From the NCBI GenBank assembly GCA_964016885.1, contig OZ024747.1, forward strand, positions 64,232,001 through 64,296,000: a stretch of 64,000 nucleotides of DNA. The letters run 5' to 3'. The notes beneath the pieces are model-generated. The model was not told the DNA's origin and did no database searches. It worked only from the letters and a program-made list of their open reading frames with translations. The first letter of the stretch is position 1, and each line of letters opens with the position of its first letter. The DNA comes from Eledone cirrhosa (Eukaryota). Shown piece after piece: positions 24,932 to 41,270 of this stretch. The translations under genes were made by a program, and so were the position numbers.

Positions 24932-25100
24932 GAGGGATTCAGTTTGAAAATGATTGGGGTAGTAGAGAATTATTATATAAAGTATCGAGACCCAACGGCT
25001 GAGCTCTTGTCGTCCGTTTCAACAGCTAGTTGCAGACAGTCTGCAACTAGCTGTTGAAACGGTAAGAGCTCAACCCGTCGGATCCTGATAATTCATAATA
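24929..25100 (-). mobile_element. Fold-back PLE mini-insertion, subfamily A2
   Basis: gtttcaacagctagttgcagac / gtctgcaactagctgttgaaac hairpin; related to 11165-11375. Confidence 0.75.
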
Positions 25101-25111
25101 CATATATACGC

Positions 25112-25167
<56 letters not shown>

Positions 25168-25420
25168 AAAAATCTTGGTATAAATATCCAAGGGTTTAGA
25201 ACAAGAATTATTCCAAGTTTAGGACAAGTTAAGTATAATTAGTTACAATAGTGAAACATGTACAGGTCTTTAGGTTTCGTTGAGTTGTTTACACCAACTC
25301 ATTTAGTCTGTTATAATGTTGATTGTTTCAAATTTAGAAATCTGCGAGACCATGGCTCCTTTGTTAAAACATGAAGATTATAAATTATTATAATTAGTAC
25401 TATCAATAGTTGGAGTACCA

Positions 25421-25463
<43 letters not shown>

Positions 25464-25467
<4 letters not shown>

Positions 25468-25555
25468 TGTTTCTACTTTTGGCACAAGGCCAGCAATTAA
25501 CCAGTGCATTACTGGTACTTTATTCTATCGACCCCGGAAGGATGAAAGGCAAAGT

Positions 25556-25556
<1 letters not shown>
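25464..25556 (-). mobile_element. SINE 3' fragment within (TAA)n
   Basis: SINE tail and core in reverse. Confidence 0.8.
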
Positions 25557-25604
<48 letters not shown>

Positions 25605-25606
<2 letters not shown>

Positions 25607-25986
25607 TTCTTTATTGGCCACAAGGGCTGACATCAAGAAAACATTACATACAGCACAGGACGATACAGGACGGTACGATGTGGGTTTTGTGCGTCTAAAG
25701 ATTTTTATTATTTATATAAGAAACGAAAAAGTAAAAAAGACATAGAAACATATATATAAACAATAAAAATGAAAATTCAAACAATGAAAAATTCCTCAAT
25801 AGGGGGGAAACCTCCGAGGGTTACTCGTGGCGAAAACCACACAAAAGACTACGGCCACCCTAGCCACCAGGGCAAGCGCCCTCTCTCAATTTTTTTCCCA
25901 TTCCTCAAACAACAAGCGTATATTCACAGCGGTCACGTTCACTTGGACTACTCTCGCTACATTCACCCACCTTTCAACAAACTTGC

Positions 25987-25987
<1 letters not shown>
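25605..25987 (-). mobile_element. Probable Tx1/L1-type LINE 3' UTR fragment in (TAA)n
   Basis: Terminus ttctttattggccacaagggctgacatc resembles the end of the LINE at 35355-35400; flanked by (TAA)n. Confidence 0.5.
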
Positions 25988-26041
<54 letters not shown>

Positions 26042-26769
26042 TTGGTATTCCTAGAATGTGTAGAAGGTGTTGCTTGTGTTTCAGATATATTTCCCCAATG
26101 ACACACCTAAGTGGTATCACCAACCATCCATGTAAACTTCACTAATACATCATTATAAACACACACATACTCTCACACATTACTAAATTCAGTTCACTAC
26201 TCTTCTCTATTTTTTTTTTCGTTTCTATATTGGCTTGGAGAAGAAATCTCATCCTTGATTGATTGTGTAGCGTTTGAGATGTCTCACTGATCTTTGATTA
26301 AATTTGCTTTTATCTAAAAATTCTTCGTACACGTTTTTCGACTTTTCCACGCTTTTTGCCTTCATACTTTTCTTTTCTTATTTATATATTTTTTGGTTTC
26401 TTGTGCAAATATACTTAACTTAGTTTTGTCTGTCTTTTGCTCTTTGACGCGTTGAATCGAAATAAATATTATTGATTACAATAAAGATATCAAGCGAATT
26501 ATTATTAATCCCTGAATGTAGAATAGTGACTAAGATAGTAATTATATTCGTCTCGGTTTAAGGATTGCAAGGTTGATAGATCGTTTTTTGTCAGTGATAG
26601 TGCACTACGTTTGACTATGAAGCAATATTTAACTATTATTTACTTAGTTCACTCAACAGAAAATACTTTTGACATTTTTCATCGGCATATTTTCTTAATA
26701 ATTCACTCATGGAAACGGGCGGTATGGAGGAACTATAGGAACGGGATACTCAACATCTTTCAACAGATG

Positions 26770-26895
26770 AAACTATTTCGAGTTCAAATCTCGCCTTAAG
26801 TCAACAGTAATGAAAATATTATGAGTTCAAATTTCGCCGTAAACCAATACTAATGAAAATATTTCGAGTTCAAATCTCGCCGTAAGTCAATGGTA
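26770..26895 (+). repeat. Three tandem ~43 bp units each with a Pol III B box (SINE-derived)
   Basis: gagttcaaat(c/t)tcgcc(t/g)taa occurs three times. Confidence 0.8.
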
Positions 26896-27188
26896 GTTTT
26901 AGTAAGTTAGAAGAGATCGATAAAATTAGTCCTAGTTATGTATATATTTCAATATATTTCTCCAGACCACAGCAGACGTTTATAGAACTTCCTGGCAAAT
27001 ATATATGTTGCGTGGCTGGTTCCAATATAGAGATCGATAAATCATAGAACCGCTAATGACATAGTTCAGTAATGGTTGGACAGCTTGTTGGCAGTTAAAC
27101 AGTTTGTACATGATTCTTCTCTTGCACATTGTCTATAGCGAAGGACAAGTCTGTCGTTCTCTCTGTCTGTATATGATATATATATATA

Positions 27189-27386
27189 TTAAGGCTAAAA
27201 TGTGAGTCTTGTTATTCTGGGGTCTAGCCTGTTTCTCACAGGGTCATCAGACAAGGGTTCATGTCTGATGACCCTGTGTGATAAACAGGTGAAACTCCAG
27301 AGTAAAAAGATTCACTTTTTAGCCTTAATAATAATAGAACTCTACTTCGATATTGGGTACTCCTTTCTCTAAGACGTCAACCCCAT

Positions 27387-27390
<4 letters not shown>
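27189..27390 (+). mobile_element. Fold-back PLE mini-insertion (family B) with minimal hammerhead
   Basis: CTGATGA(27265)-ccctg..cagg-t-GAAAC-tccaga-GTA. The mirror arm preserves stem I cttgt/acaag; (TA)n flanks. Confidence 0.85.
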
Positions 27391-27479
<89 letters not shown>

Positions 27480-27501
27480 CTACAGTTTATATTTATTTAT
27501 A

Positions 27502-27533
<32 letters not shown>

Positions 27534-28335
27534 GGCTTCAGTTTTGAGAGTGTATTCGAGTAGCAGAGATGGTTAAACAAATAAAAGTATTTAACAATAC
27601 CCTAGTTCACTACTTCAAGGTCTGCGTAAAGATAGAACCATGGTTTGGTGGTGAATGAAAGACCTATGCTGCCGAAACATGGTTGGCTAAGAAGGTTCTA
27701 TCTAGTGAAGGTATTCCATGTGTAGCAAGGCTGCAGTGGATTTTAGCATTTTCAAATAACCAGAGACGTAAGTAATATGACCTTCCTTCAAAACCTCTAT
27801 ATGGTATCTATAATTGAAAACCACTATTAACGTTACAATATATAACATCGCGTTTGTTCTAAACATCTGCAAACCGACTCGTTGAAATATACACGACCTA
27901 TAAACTCTATTAAATAACATAAAATGAGTTGAACATTTTCCCTTTTTTTTCCTTTTACTGATTTCAGTCGTTGGATAGCTTCTATTCTGGAACAACCCTC
28001 TAAAGTGTTTAGTCGATGTTACTCCACACCAGAATACAATTTCCAGTCAGGAATGTTTTTCATGGTTTTGTATTTGTTAACCGACTATGTAACCGAGCAT
28101 AAACCTCAGCGTTTTAAACATAAGCACGGACAAGGATATATAAACACGCTCCCGGATATATATATAAATATACATACATATGATGGGTTTCTGTATAATA
28201 TATGCCCACCAAATTTCAGTCAGTAGGCCTTAGTCAACACATTTTCACAAGGGGTCACACAGTGGTATTGGACCCGAAGTTACATTTTTCTGAAATTATT
28301 AACCCCCGTGCCTATATATATATATATATATATAT

Positions 28336-28439
<104 letters not shown>

Positions 28440-28462
28440 GTGTGTGTGTATGTATATATAAA

Positions 28463-28823
28463 TATATTATTCAAAATGTTAATAAATGAAAAATATTCTC
28501 ATAATCAAAATATATATTTTATTATACATATTTCAAAGGTACAATGGTGTTTAAGTACGGTTTCATCAGACAAAATATATGATTTGATAGGTGACATACC
28601 GCTACGGTTTTGATTATTCAATTCCAGTATTGGCAGTACTGGAATTGAATAATCAAAACCGTAGTGGTATGTCACATATCACATCATATATTTTGTCTGA
28701 TGAAAACGTACTTAAATCAAATCATATATTTTGTCTGATGAAACGTACCTTTGAAATATGTATAATAAAATATATATTTTGATTATGATAATATTTTTCA
28801 TTTATTAATATTTTGAATAATAT
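28463..28823. mobile_element. ~360 bp fold-back (family F-like) with hammerheads in both arms
   Basis: Centre attccagtat-tggc-agtactggaat. Minus-strand hammerhead at 28514-28578: atattttgt-CTGATGA-aaccgtac..gtaccttt-GAAA-tatgt-ATA-ataaaatat. Confidence 0.85.
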
Positions 28824-28925
28824 TAAAATCTCCAGGAATATCTCCAGTTGACAGTTTCTAATCTATTGTAATATTGTATTCATTGAGCAATCAACGAACC
28901 ATATTAATCTTTGGTTATATATATA

Positions 28926-29067
28926 TATTTCATATATGTTAACATTTCTGGTAAGGACATCTCATTTAAAATATAATCTTTTAAAACGTGTGTGTGTGTG
29001 TGTGTGCTTTAAAAGATTATATTTTAAAAGAGTTGTCCTTACCAGAAATGTTAACATATATGAAATA
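28926..29067. repeat. 60 bp inverted duplication around (GT)n
   Basis: tttcatatatgttaacatttctggtaaggaca...ttttaaa mirrored across a (GT)n spacer. Confidence 0.9.
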
Positions 29068-29312
29068 CGTTAACTATAAAAAATATGTGTTAGAAAGATA
29101 ATCAAATCCAAACAACCGTAGGGATGCTTATATTGATTCCATATTCTATTTACATCCATATGTAACTTAAAATTAGAAAAAGTTTACAATTCTGTCTGGT
29201 TTTTCTAATTGGTATTCTAAATAGCTTATAGTCACAAAAGCATATGTTGTTAATATTTGAATGTTCGGAAGTTTAACAAAACATAGTTATTTCGATATCA
29301 ATACATGATAAT

Positions 29313-29450
29313 AATTGTTTCTACTTTAGGCACAAAGCCAGCAATTACCCAGTGCATTACTGGTACTTTATTTTATCGACCCTGTAAGGATGAAAGGCAA
29401 AGTCAACCTCGGCGGGATTTGAACTCAGATCATAAAGGGACGTAACTATG
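29313..29450 (-). mobile_element. tRNA-derived SINE (truncated)
   Basis: SINE core and tail in reverse. Confidence 0.85.
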
Positions 29451-30789
29451 ATAATAATAATGATTAAATTAGTCTGGAAAATATTGGAATACTAATTTGG
29501 TATTTATTGGTATTCCATTAGAGGTATTACTCTATGCTGTTCCTTTAGTTATATACATTTCATTTTCCTTTCTTCTGTGTATATACTATGTAGTTTTACT
29601 TTCCGTGTGTTTACAGGAAGGGGAAATATCACTGGCATTTCTAAACTCCAGAGACCTCAGGTATCCATGCCATTTTCATAACATATTTTGAATGAAAGAC
29701 TGCCTAATATTGTCAATTAATTTGGAAAATATTCAAGAATGTTGACAACGTTAGTAATATTACTTTCGCTTTTATTTTTAAGTTGGTTTTTGGAGCTTAA
29801 AGAAGCGATGACTCTTACATAAAACTATTGTGAAAAATTTACATTTGAATATAAACAGGTGGTTTTATATTATATAGCCATACAGATGAGGATGTGGTTT
29901 TGATGGTTTCCTATTAAAAGAGATATTGCTCCTTTTAAACTCTTGGATTTTCATTACTTCTGAAACGACATGGAAGGTGTTTGAAAAGGCAGTGGTTCCG
30001 GGCGGAATGATTAATACGGGTTCTGTGGTTCGGACTTTAGCACAATATGAATTGATGAGAGGAGAGGAGATAATGAAGACGGTAGTACCGTAATAGAGGT
30101 AGCATATGACCAACAATTTCTGTAAAGAAGAGACCATTTTAGAAGCGGTAAAAGTGTTTGTCTTAAGTTAGCGAACTACAGAGGGGATACTGTTTAGTTA
30201 AATCAATTTGTTAACTGCCAATGCTACGCTTAATTTAAATTTATCTATAGGAATTGAGCGTGTTATTCTCTGTACTATCAGGAACTCACACTTCTTCAGC
30301 TACGGTGTTTACTGATATAATTAATACTGAATCAATGGATAATATTACTAAATATGATTTATATTCAAAGCATATTATTATATCTCAGAAATAGATATTC
30401 AAATATCGTTACTATATCTTAGAAATAAATGTAGTTTCTATTGATTTCAGCACTGCAGAATGAAAAATCTAAATGTAATTTATTTTACACACATTAAGCA
30501 GATAATAATTATAGATATGCACTTTTTCATAGATATAGTATTGTGCTGGGCTGGTTGTGTAATTTTATATATAAAGTATATGATTAACGAAGATATCATT
30601 TTCATCTGTGTTATATACATACAGGCAGAGAAGCGGTCTAAAATGTACTGATATTTGTTAAAATCCATTAATCTTGAAGAAATTGAAGAGTATTAGAATG
30701 CCCGAATCGACATACCTAATGCATTAGTGTTTTTAGCGTTGAGCAAACTACATTGATATCCTAACCGTGTTGGCTTGATCTATCATTCC

Positions 30790-31040
30790 TCCTGACGTGT
30801 ATATTGTCTATCTGACCTTGATAAATTATTACCTATCATGCATAGGATATATCTGAACTTGATAAATAGTTACATATCATGTATATATTTGACCTTGATT
30901 AATAAATGCATATCATGTATATTGTATATTTGACTTGATAAATAGATACTGGTCTTGATTAATAATTATCTATCCGGTATCTAAATGACCTTAATAAATA
31001 ATTACGAGGCAAACTATTTCCGACCTTGTAATAATTAATG
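30790..31040. repeat. Degenerate ~40 bp minisatellite (about 7 units)
   Basis: Recurring tgaccttgataaata(a/g)ttac.tatcatg. Confidence 0.7.
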
Positions 31041-31553
31041 ATTTAAGATAGGATTTATGTATGGAATTACGAGATACTAGAATTAAAGGCATATTTACGT
31101 AGGTGGAGTAAAATACAATGTGCTTTCCTGTTTGATTCTTGCCTACTAGTTAATATGGTGGTATATATATTTGAATATATACCACCATATATAATGTCAC
31201 AGAGCAGGTATACGAGTAATCAGAACGTAATGGTTTAATATTCTATTAAAATTTAATCTAACAAATATAATATTGGTTGCGAGGATTATCTAATCTTTTA
31301 AGTATATATATTAATGCTTTTAAAAACATTAGTGGAAACATGCAGGATTTAAAGCTTTCTTCTTTTGACGATAACTAGTTATCTAATGAAGTTCTATATT
31401 TATGTACGAATTGATTGCATTTTGATATCGTATCTCATATACAGTAAAACCTTTCTTATAGACAGAATCATTGATATATGAATGTATTTAAATTGGTACT
31501 TTGTCATGACTATGCCTTTGGAAAGAAATAATATAGTTGGCTGAATCGTGTAG

Positions 31554-31596
<43 letters not shown>

Positions 31597-31609
31597 TCAT
31601 ACAGGAAGC

Positions 31610-32490
31610 CAAACGACACCCTTCACTACATCCATCGCCGCTCTATCCATCCTAGAGGCATCACCAATAACCTGGTTAAAAACAACTCCCTCCGCATATC
31701 TCGTTTGTCCGCTATTGAGCAGTTAATCGATAAACATGCGCCTTATTACAACCAAGCCCTCAAGCGAAGTGGCTTTCGGGAGGAAATCTCCTTTTATCCA
31801 GCTTACCTTAGCAGAACCACCAGGCGACGCCGCCGCTCACGCCACGTAACGTGGTTCAACCCTCCCTAAAATGCCGAGGTTGCAACACCAATCGGGAAAA
31901 TCTTTAGGCTGCTCGAAAATCACTTCCCACCACAACACTGCTACCACAACATAATCAACAAAAACACTATCAAACTCTCCTACAGCACCACACCCAACTT
32001 CGTACAAAACATCAAACAACAAGAAACTCAACTCTTACGGAAGAAACAACCTAGACATTAGTGGAGAGCTGACCAGGAGGTGTAACTGCCCTGATAGATC
32101 TACGTGCCCCCCTCAACAACAGATGCCGAGAACGTAACGTGATCTACCAATGCAACGTGAGGAAATTCCAACAAAGCCTATATAGAATTAACCGCTTGTG
32201 ACTTTAATACCCGGCTCTACCAACATCGACATACGTCCATAAACCCGGCCCGCCGACAAGCCACTATACTTTCGGGCCACATCTGGGACCTCCAAAATAA
32301 TAACAAAACATACCATTTTACTTGAAGCTTACTGTCCAGGGCTAACTCCTACACGGGAGGACGCTGTCCGAGTAACCTATGCTCGGAGGAAACAATACAA
32401 ATGCTGTTTACGAAGGACCAACTCCTAAACAAAAAAGACGAACTTGTAACTGCATGTAAACACCGATTGCATAGGACTTTCCTCGCCCTC
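31610..32490 (+). pseudogene. Decayed Naiad-type PLE RT thumb plus GIY-YIG
   Basis: YYNQALKRSGF, RRRRSRHVTWFNPP, INKNTIKLSYS, CNCPDRSTCP, NVIYQC, LSGHIWDLQ, NLCSEE, LNKKDELVTACKH; starts just after (TA)n. Confidence 0.85.
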
Positions 32491-33133
32491 AAATCCCCTC
32501 ATGACCCGGGTGGGTAAACAATGGCTGCAACAACCTTCTTTTCCCCATTTGCCGAACAAGATAGGCGAAACCCCAGCATACATAGGTAGATGTACTTCTT
32601 TCCGTTTTTTGTTTTCCTTTATCACTTCTTCTCATTTCCTTCCACTCCCTCTTCTCTTCCTTTTCCTTTTTCCTCATTCGCCTTCTCTGAGGCAGCCCAT
32701 AGGGCTTTTGTAGTCTCAGTACCACCACCCCAGTAAATTCTATATAGTATTGGCCGAAAACGCAATACCAGCTAAAAATATAACAGCTGCTTTAGACTCT
32801 AGTTTTTATTATTTTTTATTATTTCATTTTTAAATATTATTATTATTTTTATTTATTATTTTTTTTTTAATGTCAATTTATTAACCTTTTAATTTTATAA
32901 ATTCCCACTCTCAGATTCCTCCAGAATTCTTTTTTCGCTTTCAAGCTAGCCTAATTTCATACACACTCCTTAGAATTTGCTGTATAGAATTCACTTTCAA
33001 TGCTTGACCGGCTCCACACCTCTCTGTTCTACAGGCAAGTTCAGCCACCCCACCACAATGAAAGATTTAATTGTGTTTACAAGAAATTTGGGCAAATTCT
33101 TTTGACAACTACAATCTTTCCATATAAGGAATT

Positions 33134-33237
33134 ACCCCTTGAAAAGTTCAGCTATTTATAACCACGCTAAAAATTCTGATTTAGGCCAGAAATAGTCTTC
33201 GAAACGGCTTGAGCTCTGCCGTCTGGGTCTTGACCAT

Positions 33238-33241
<4 letters not shown>
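33134..33241 (+). ncRNA. Unfolded (non-mirrored) family A hammerhead, degenerate core
   Basis: acccc-TTGAAAA-gttcagctattt...agaaatagtcttc-GAAAC-ggcttgagctctgcc-GTC-tgggt. Shows what lies upstream of the family A half-motif. Confidence 0.6.
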
Positions 33242-33290
<49 letters not shown>

Positions 33291-33297
<7 letters not shown>

Positions 33298-33623
33298 ATA
33301 CTTGGAGAGGGTCATATTGTTGTAATACTATTGCCAGAAATACTATTATCATGTTTCTTCCTATTGTATTGTAATGGCGTAGACATTACAATACAATAGG
33401 AGGAAACATGATAATAGAACCACTGATGATGTTGCAGATGTGCAACGAAAGAACTTTGGAGATATAAAATATACCGAAGCGAAAACAATCCAAACAGTGA
33501 GTGTGTTCTGTTATTATTTCTGGCAATAGTATTAAAACAATATGACCCTCCCCAAGTATAACAATATCTGTTTCGACACACGATTTGATATAAAAAACCT
33601 CACAGAACAAATTTATCGCCGTT
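33291..33623 (+). mobile_element. Fold-back PLE mini-insertion with minimal hammerhead at 33420-33459
   Basis: cca-CTGATGA-t-gttgca-gatg-tgcaac-GAAAG-aa-CTT-tgg. The left arm mirrors the right arm but lacks the hammerhead segment. Confidence 0.8.
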
Positions 33624-33649
33624 ATATATATATATATATATATATATAC

Positions 33650-33763
<114 letters not shown>

Positions 33764-33764
33764 G

Positions 33765-33854
<90 letters not shown>

Positions 33855-33873
33855 TATAGATATATATATATAC

Positions 33874-33945
<72 letters not shown>

Positions 33946-35159
33946 CAGACCTTTCAACACTCCCTGCCCGACCGTGAGATATCTTCTCTTTTAAGAATTG
34001 GTACAGCTTTCATTATGTAAAATCTCCCCATTTTGCCTAATTTCTCCCCGTTTTGAGGCATTTTTTTTTTCATGATTAGGTTTTTAGAGATTTGCAATTC
34101 TGATATAATATCCTAACTGGATATGATTCCTGCGTTGTGTCGTGGGTTCACCACAGTCAATGGTACCCAATCCATTGTTAGATATAGGCATATTTATTAT
34201 ATACATATATATATAGAGAAATGAACTTTACATGTATAAAATCATCAGGAATGTCAGATAATGGAGAAGTCGTTGAAGGAGGGAAGAAAACAGGAAGAGA
34301 ATAAGCCGGGACAGAAGAGTGCTAGTGGCATGTCTGTGGGGAGGGGGATGCCAGGTGTTCCATGGGTAGGCAATGAAAGGGATTCAAATGAGAATACAGT
34401 GAAATTCCTTTATAAGGATATTCATGGTGGGTATAAAAGAATTAGTTGTTACGAAAAATTCTTTATAACGAGCTCGACCGAAACAAATCGAGCGTTTGTG
34501 TGTTAACTCGTAATTACAAATTAAACAATAAATGAATGAAAGCATACCTGCAATATGAATATCATTCAATAAAATATAAATTTATATTTGAAATATCTTC
34601 GAATATCGCAGCCCTTAGGCGCTTTCGTTGGGGGCTAAAATTTGCCTCTATAGATTTTTCTTTAACTTTAGGCTGATTCTTAACAATCGTGGACAATATC
34701 GACTGAGTTCAACTGTAACACAATGTCTTTCTTTTCCCAGAATCAACAGCTCTCAGTGAAACTAAAACTGTCACCTTTTTTTTCGCTTTGTATTCCATAA
34801 ATTATATAAAACCACAAATAGGTATCCTTTACATTGGGGTCCAAAATAGAATTTTTCGCAAAGCCAAAACAAAACTACAAATTACTTTGTTCTTTTTGTG
34901 CCCCAAATTATCCAAATTTCAATGGTAGGTCGATAAAGAATCAAATAAGTAAGAACGAATCAGCTTTTTTTTCAAATAGATATTTTATCCTAAATGTATA
35001 AATTTACTAGCTTATGGCAAAAATGTTATTTAGTAAATAATTGGGCAGAAAAATAAAATTCTTTGTGCTGAATTGTATGTGTTAGGCCACCCTCCTAGGA
35101 TTGACCCTGACATGATGATTAAAACTAAGATGTAAATCTAGTTGAAATTAATAACTATA

Positions 35160-35344
35160 TTTTTCTACTTTTGGGACAAGGCTAGCAATTTTGGTGGGTG
35201 GAAAAGTCGATTAAATCGACACCAGTACATTACTGGTGCTTATTGTATCGACCCCTTAAGGATGAAAGGCAAAGCTACCCTCAGTGGGATGTGAACTCAG
35301 ACCGTATAGGGCATGGAGTCCGACCCTTTACCGATAGTGCCAAA
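35160..35344 (-). mobile_element. tRNA-derived SINE
   Basis: SINE core and tail in reverse. Confidence 0.8.
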
Positions 35345-35354
35345 TAATAAGAAT

Positions 35355-36730
35355 ATTGTTTTCTATATTAGCTACAAAGGGCGCACATTAAGGAGACATT
35401 AAAGGCGGTACAGTACGATACAGTGCGGGTATGTTTGTGTAGAATAAGATTTATAACTGAGATTAAGAAAATAAACATTTTAAAAATAACAAATTGCCCA
35501 AAGGTGAGGAGACTCCAAGTGTTACTTGCAGAGAAAGACCACAAAAGCAACGGTCACAAGAGCAAGCGCTCTCTTCCAGTTGTCCTCCTTCAATACTACA
35601 GACACACGCTCAGGGCAGGCCCATTTACACAGGCCATTCTTGCCTCTCCCACCCCCCTGTCAACAAACTGGTTGGAAAGTAGCAATTCCCTCTCCACCAT
35701 GGTTTTCCTTTTCAGAGTAACGTGAAAAAGTTAATGAAAGCCTCACCGAAGAGGAAGTTGCCCGTCTTCAACCCTTTCAGACGCATTCACCACACGACCT
35801 CTTTCACCACGGCCACGAGGCAGATGAAACCTGCCTGCCATTCCTGGTTAAAGGAGGGCTGCGGGGCAATCTTCATGATGGACTCAGCTGATAGCCGGAT
35901 CCGTTCTACACGCCACAGCAGATATTCGACATAAACTCACAAGTCAGCGATACTGAACAAGTGCTTGAAGGACAGTCTCGTCGCCCTGCGCGCATCTCGA
36001 ACAGGCCCTGCTCTCGGCACTTCTATGCCTGTAAGTTTATCTCAAATGACAATGCTCCCGGTTAGCACTGCCAGGCTAGGGAGTTTTGGAAGTTATCCTC
36101 CGGAAAATGATAGCTAGTCGGCTTTCGTCGACATCCAGAATTTCCCTATGGACGTCATCGCTCTTGCCATCCACTAACTCTTTACAGTAAGCCAAGTTGG
36201 GGGTGCACCGATCGCAAAGCCTGATCGGCAAAAGGCAGCGAGCGCTTAGAGACCTTCCAGTTTCCAAGCGCTTGCTCCCGGTCGCCGCTTGACGCAGGAT
36301 TGAGGCTCCGTCAAGGAGACGAACTGAAGAAAAACATGCTTAATGAAAGGCATCCACACCTGTTCTCCGTCTAGTAACATCAGAAGATATCGTACACTCA
36401 GTGCATGTCTGCGCATCATCAGCCACGTCATTCCCAGTCTTCGACGTAGCGGGTGTTGAGAGCAGTTAGATCTCCTGGGCATTGGAATGCATCCCATCTA
36501 CAAGAAGCAAAAGAGCAAACGCTCCACTGTAGTTAGACGAGACTTAGGACAAGGCACGGCGGTCAGGCGTTAGTAGATGACGGACGCAATGTACGCATTC
36601 GCCACCTCGGCGAGACCTTTCAGGGATAGCTTTCTCTTGGCTCATTTCTGGGTGAGAGAGGCCAGCTTGCTCGTCCCCTCGTCCCAGTCTATGTCCACCT
36701 GGATGTCTAGACCAAACCAGACCCCTAACA
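35355..36730 (-). mobile_element. 5'-truncated Tx1/L1-clade LINE remnant
   Basis: LGVWFGLDIQVD.DWDE...RKLSLKGLAEVANAYIASV and QHPLRRRLGMTWL motifs of the post-RT region, with stops and frameshifts. Confidence 0.75.
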
Positions 36731-37749
36731 ATTTAATCATATATATATATATATGTAAAAGGTAAACAGAAATAACAACACAATATATGTGTGTGTGCGT
36801 GCGTGTGCGTGTGCGTGTGCGTGTGTGTGTGTCGATTTTTATTTACTTTAACAGTCCCAGAGAAAGAAGAGAAAGTACAGTTGAACAAATATAGTTAGAA
36901 AATTTCTAGTCCAAATTTGTGAAAATAAACTATTTTCTTCATGGTTCAGATTTTAATAATATAGTGGTACAGATTTAATCCGTCATGGGATAGATATATT
37001 TTTGTCATGCTTCTTTTTTATTCCTGTTGCTATCTGGAAGATTTTGTTACTATGATTCAACCTCTCCCTCAAAAAATAAATAAAAACACACCCAATCTTA
37101 GAAAACATTATTTCATATTCTACAAAACGAAGTCGAAATAATTATTTGCACAATGAATATTAGAAAATGTCTTCACAATAAATCATGGAATCAATTATGT
37201 GAAAATGTAATAGAAATATCTTGCGTTAAGAATGTTTGCCAGATTGAAATCTTTATTCAATCTAAAAGTTGTCGGCTATATTTTCCACAAGTTATTTAAT
37301 TAGCCTGAATTTTATATAATATTGTTGTTGATATAGAATAAAACAAAAAAGAATAATTAGGATATTGGATAGAGGGGACCACCAGAACAAAATATTATTT
37401 AATTGATATTACAGAAATGATGCTAAGATATTAATAGTTAACACTACAGTTCTCATGTTATATAGGTTGCTTGGATACAGAGTCAGATTTAATGGTGGTC
37501 AAAGAGGGCAATTGCCCAGGGTCACCTACAGTGGAGAGCCCACCAGAGATGGCTGTAGCAATTTATTTGTGACCTCATCTCGGTTTTTTAATTTATAATA
37601 TATAATTGATTATGCTATTTATAGCATAATCAATTATATATTTGCTACAATATTAAAATCTTAAATCCGTTACTGTTTAGATTAAAATAAACTGTGATCA
37701 ATCTTACAAATGATGAAAGGATTCCCATCCGTTAACTTTCTGCCATAAA

Positions 37750-37912
37750 GCCGGACGCCATGTTTTGCAACATAGAGTTACGCCTCTTTATGGTCTGAGT
37801 TCAAATCCCACCGAGGTTCACTTTGCCTTTCATCCTTACGGGTCGTTAAAATAAAGTACCAGTAATATGCTGGCATAATTGCTGGCCTTGTGCCAAAAGT
37901 AGAAACAATTAT
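37750..37912 (+). mobile_element. tRNA-derived SINE
   Basis: SINE B box, core and tail. Confidence 0.85.
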
Positions 37913-38204
37913 TTGTCTGATAATATCATAAACTCTATATTTCCCAAGATTACGGAGATAGGACATAATTTGTGAAAAAAATGGTGTTATTTCTACCAGA
38001 ACAGGTGAACATGCAGAGGCTCAAGAAACCAAGTAGTTTGTGACTTGGTGAACTCACGTGGTGATTGTTATATTCTCTCCATTATAGAAAGATCGTATAT
38101 GTCGGTGTATCAATATAAGAAATATCGATATTTCCCGTGATATTCAGACACATTATTGATTTTGCCAGCAGCAATTCTTTCCCTAAATAATGGCAATTTT
38201 TTAA

Positions 38205-39831
<1,627 letters not shown>

Positions 39832-40589
39832 GTGCCATTAAATAATATTGTTTTACAAATAAACAGTTGTCGATTACTGAAGCATTGTTCGTAACAACAA
39901 AAACAACAGTAATAATAACAACAATAAAATTGATAAAGAATATGCAAATAAAGGGTAAGAAAGCGAAGACGCTGAAAAGAAAAATGATCACATTATTAAC
40001 AGAAAGTTTTCTTACATTTGCATATACTAAAAATATTTTTTCTCTCTTTCACTCCGTTGCTCTTCGTTTCACGTTCTCTCTCTCTGACTCTCTCTCTCTC
40101 TCTCATTCCTTCTATAGCCCTCTTCGTTCTCTCTCTCTCAATCATTCTCTATCTCTCATTTGCACTTTCTCTTTCCAACTTCTCTATATCTTTTATCACT
40201 AGTTCCATTTCTCCTACTCTCATATTTCTCCAATTCCTTTTCTACCTCTCATAATTTTTTCCAATCTAGTATCCACCTCTCCCCACGAGACGACACTATA
40301 TCTAACAAAGTTTATTTAAGCTATATATTGCACAGAGACACGTCTGAATATAATGTATATTATTATACAATTTCTTCTTTAAATTGTTTTCATTTGAATG
40401 CAGCCTCTAAGCTAGATCACTTAGTATTCACAACGACCCTGACTCAGAACGGGAAATATATAGAAGGTAAGTGAAGAGGAAAGAACCGAACATAACAGTA
40501 AAAACTCTTCAAATAAATATATTGACATACAGATACATATTAATCAGTCGGAATTTCCAAACAATACTTCGAAAGTATTAAGTATTGAG

Positions 40590-41270
<681 letters not shown>

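Noticed and set aside
29865-30137. 90 aa ORF or possible exon after a TCTTCTTTACAG acceptor (-)
   Set aside because: No recognisable domain, partner exon or clearly preferred frame; cannot be supported without expression data.
34205-34255. CTGATGA on the minus strand next to a short (TA)n
   Set aside because: No GAAA or NUH half follows; at most a truncated pLTR.
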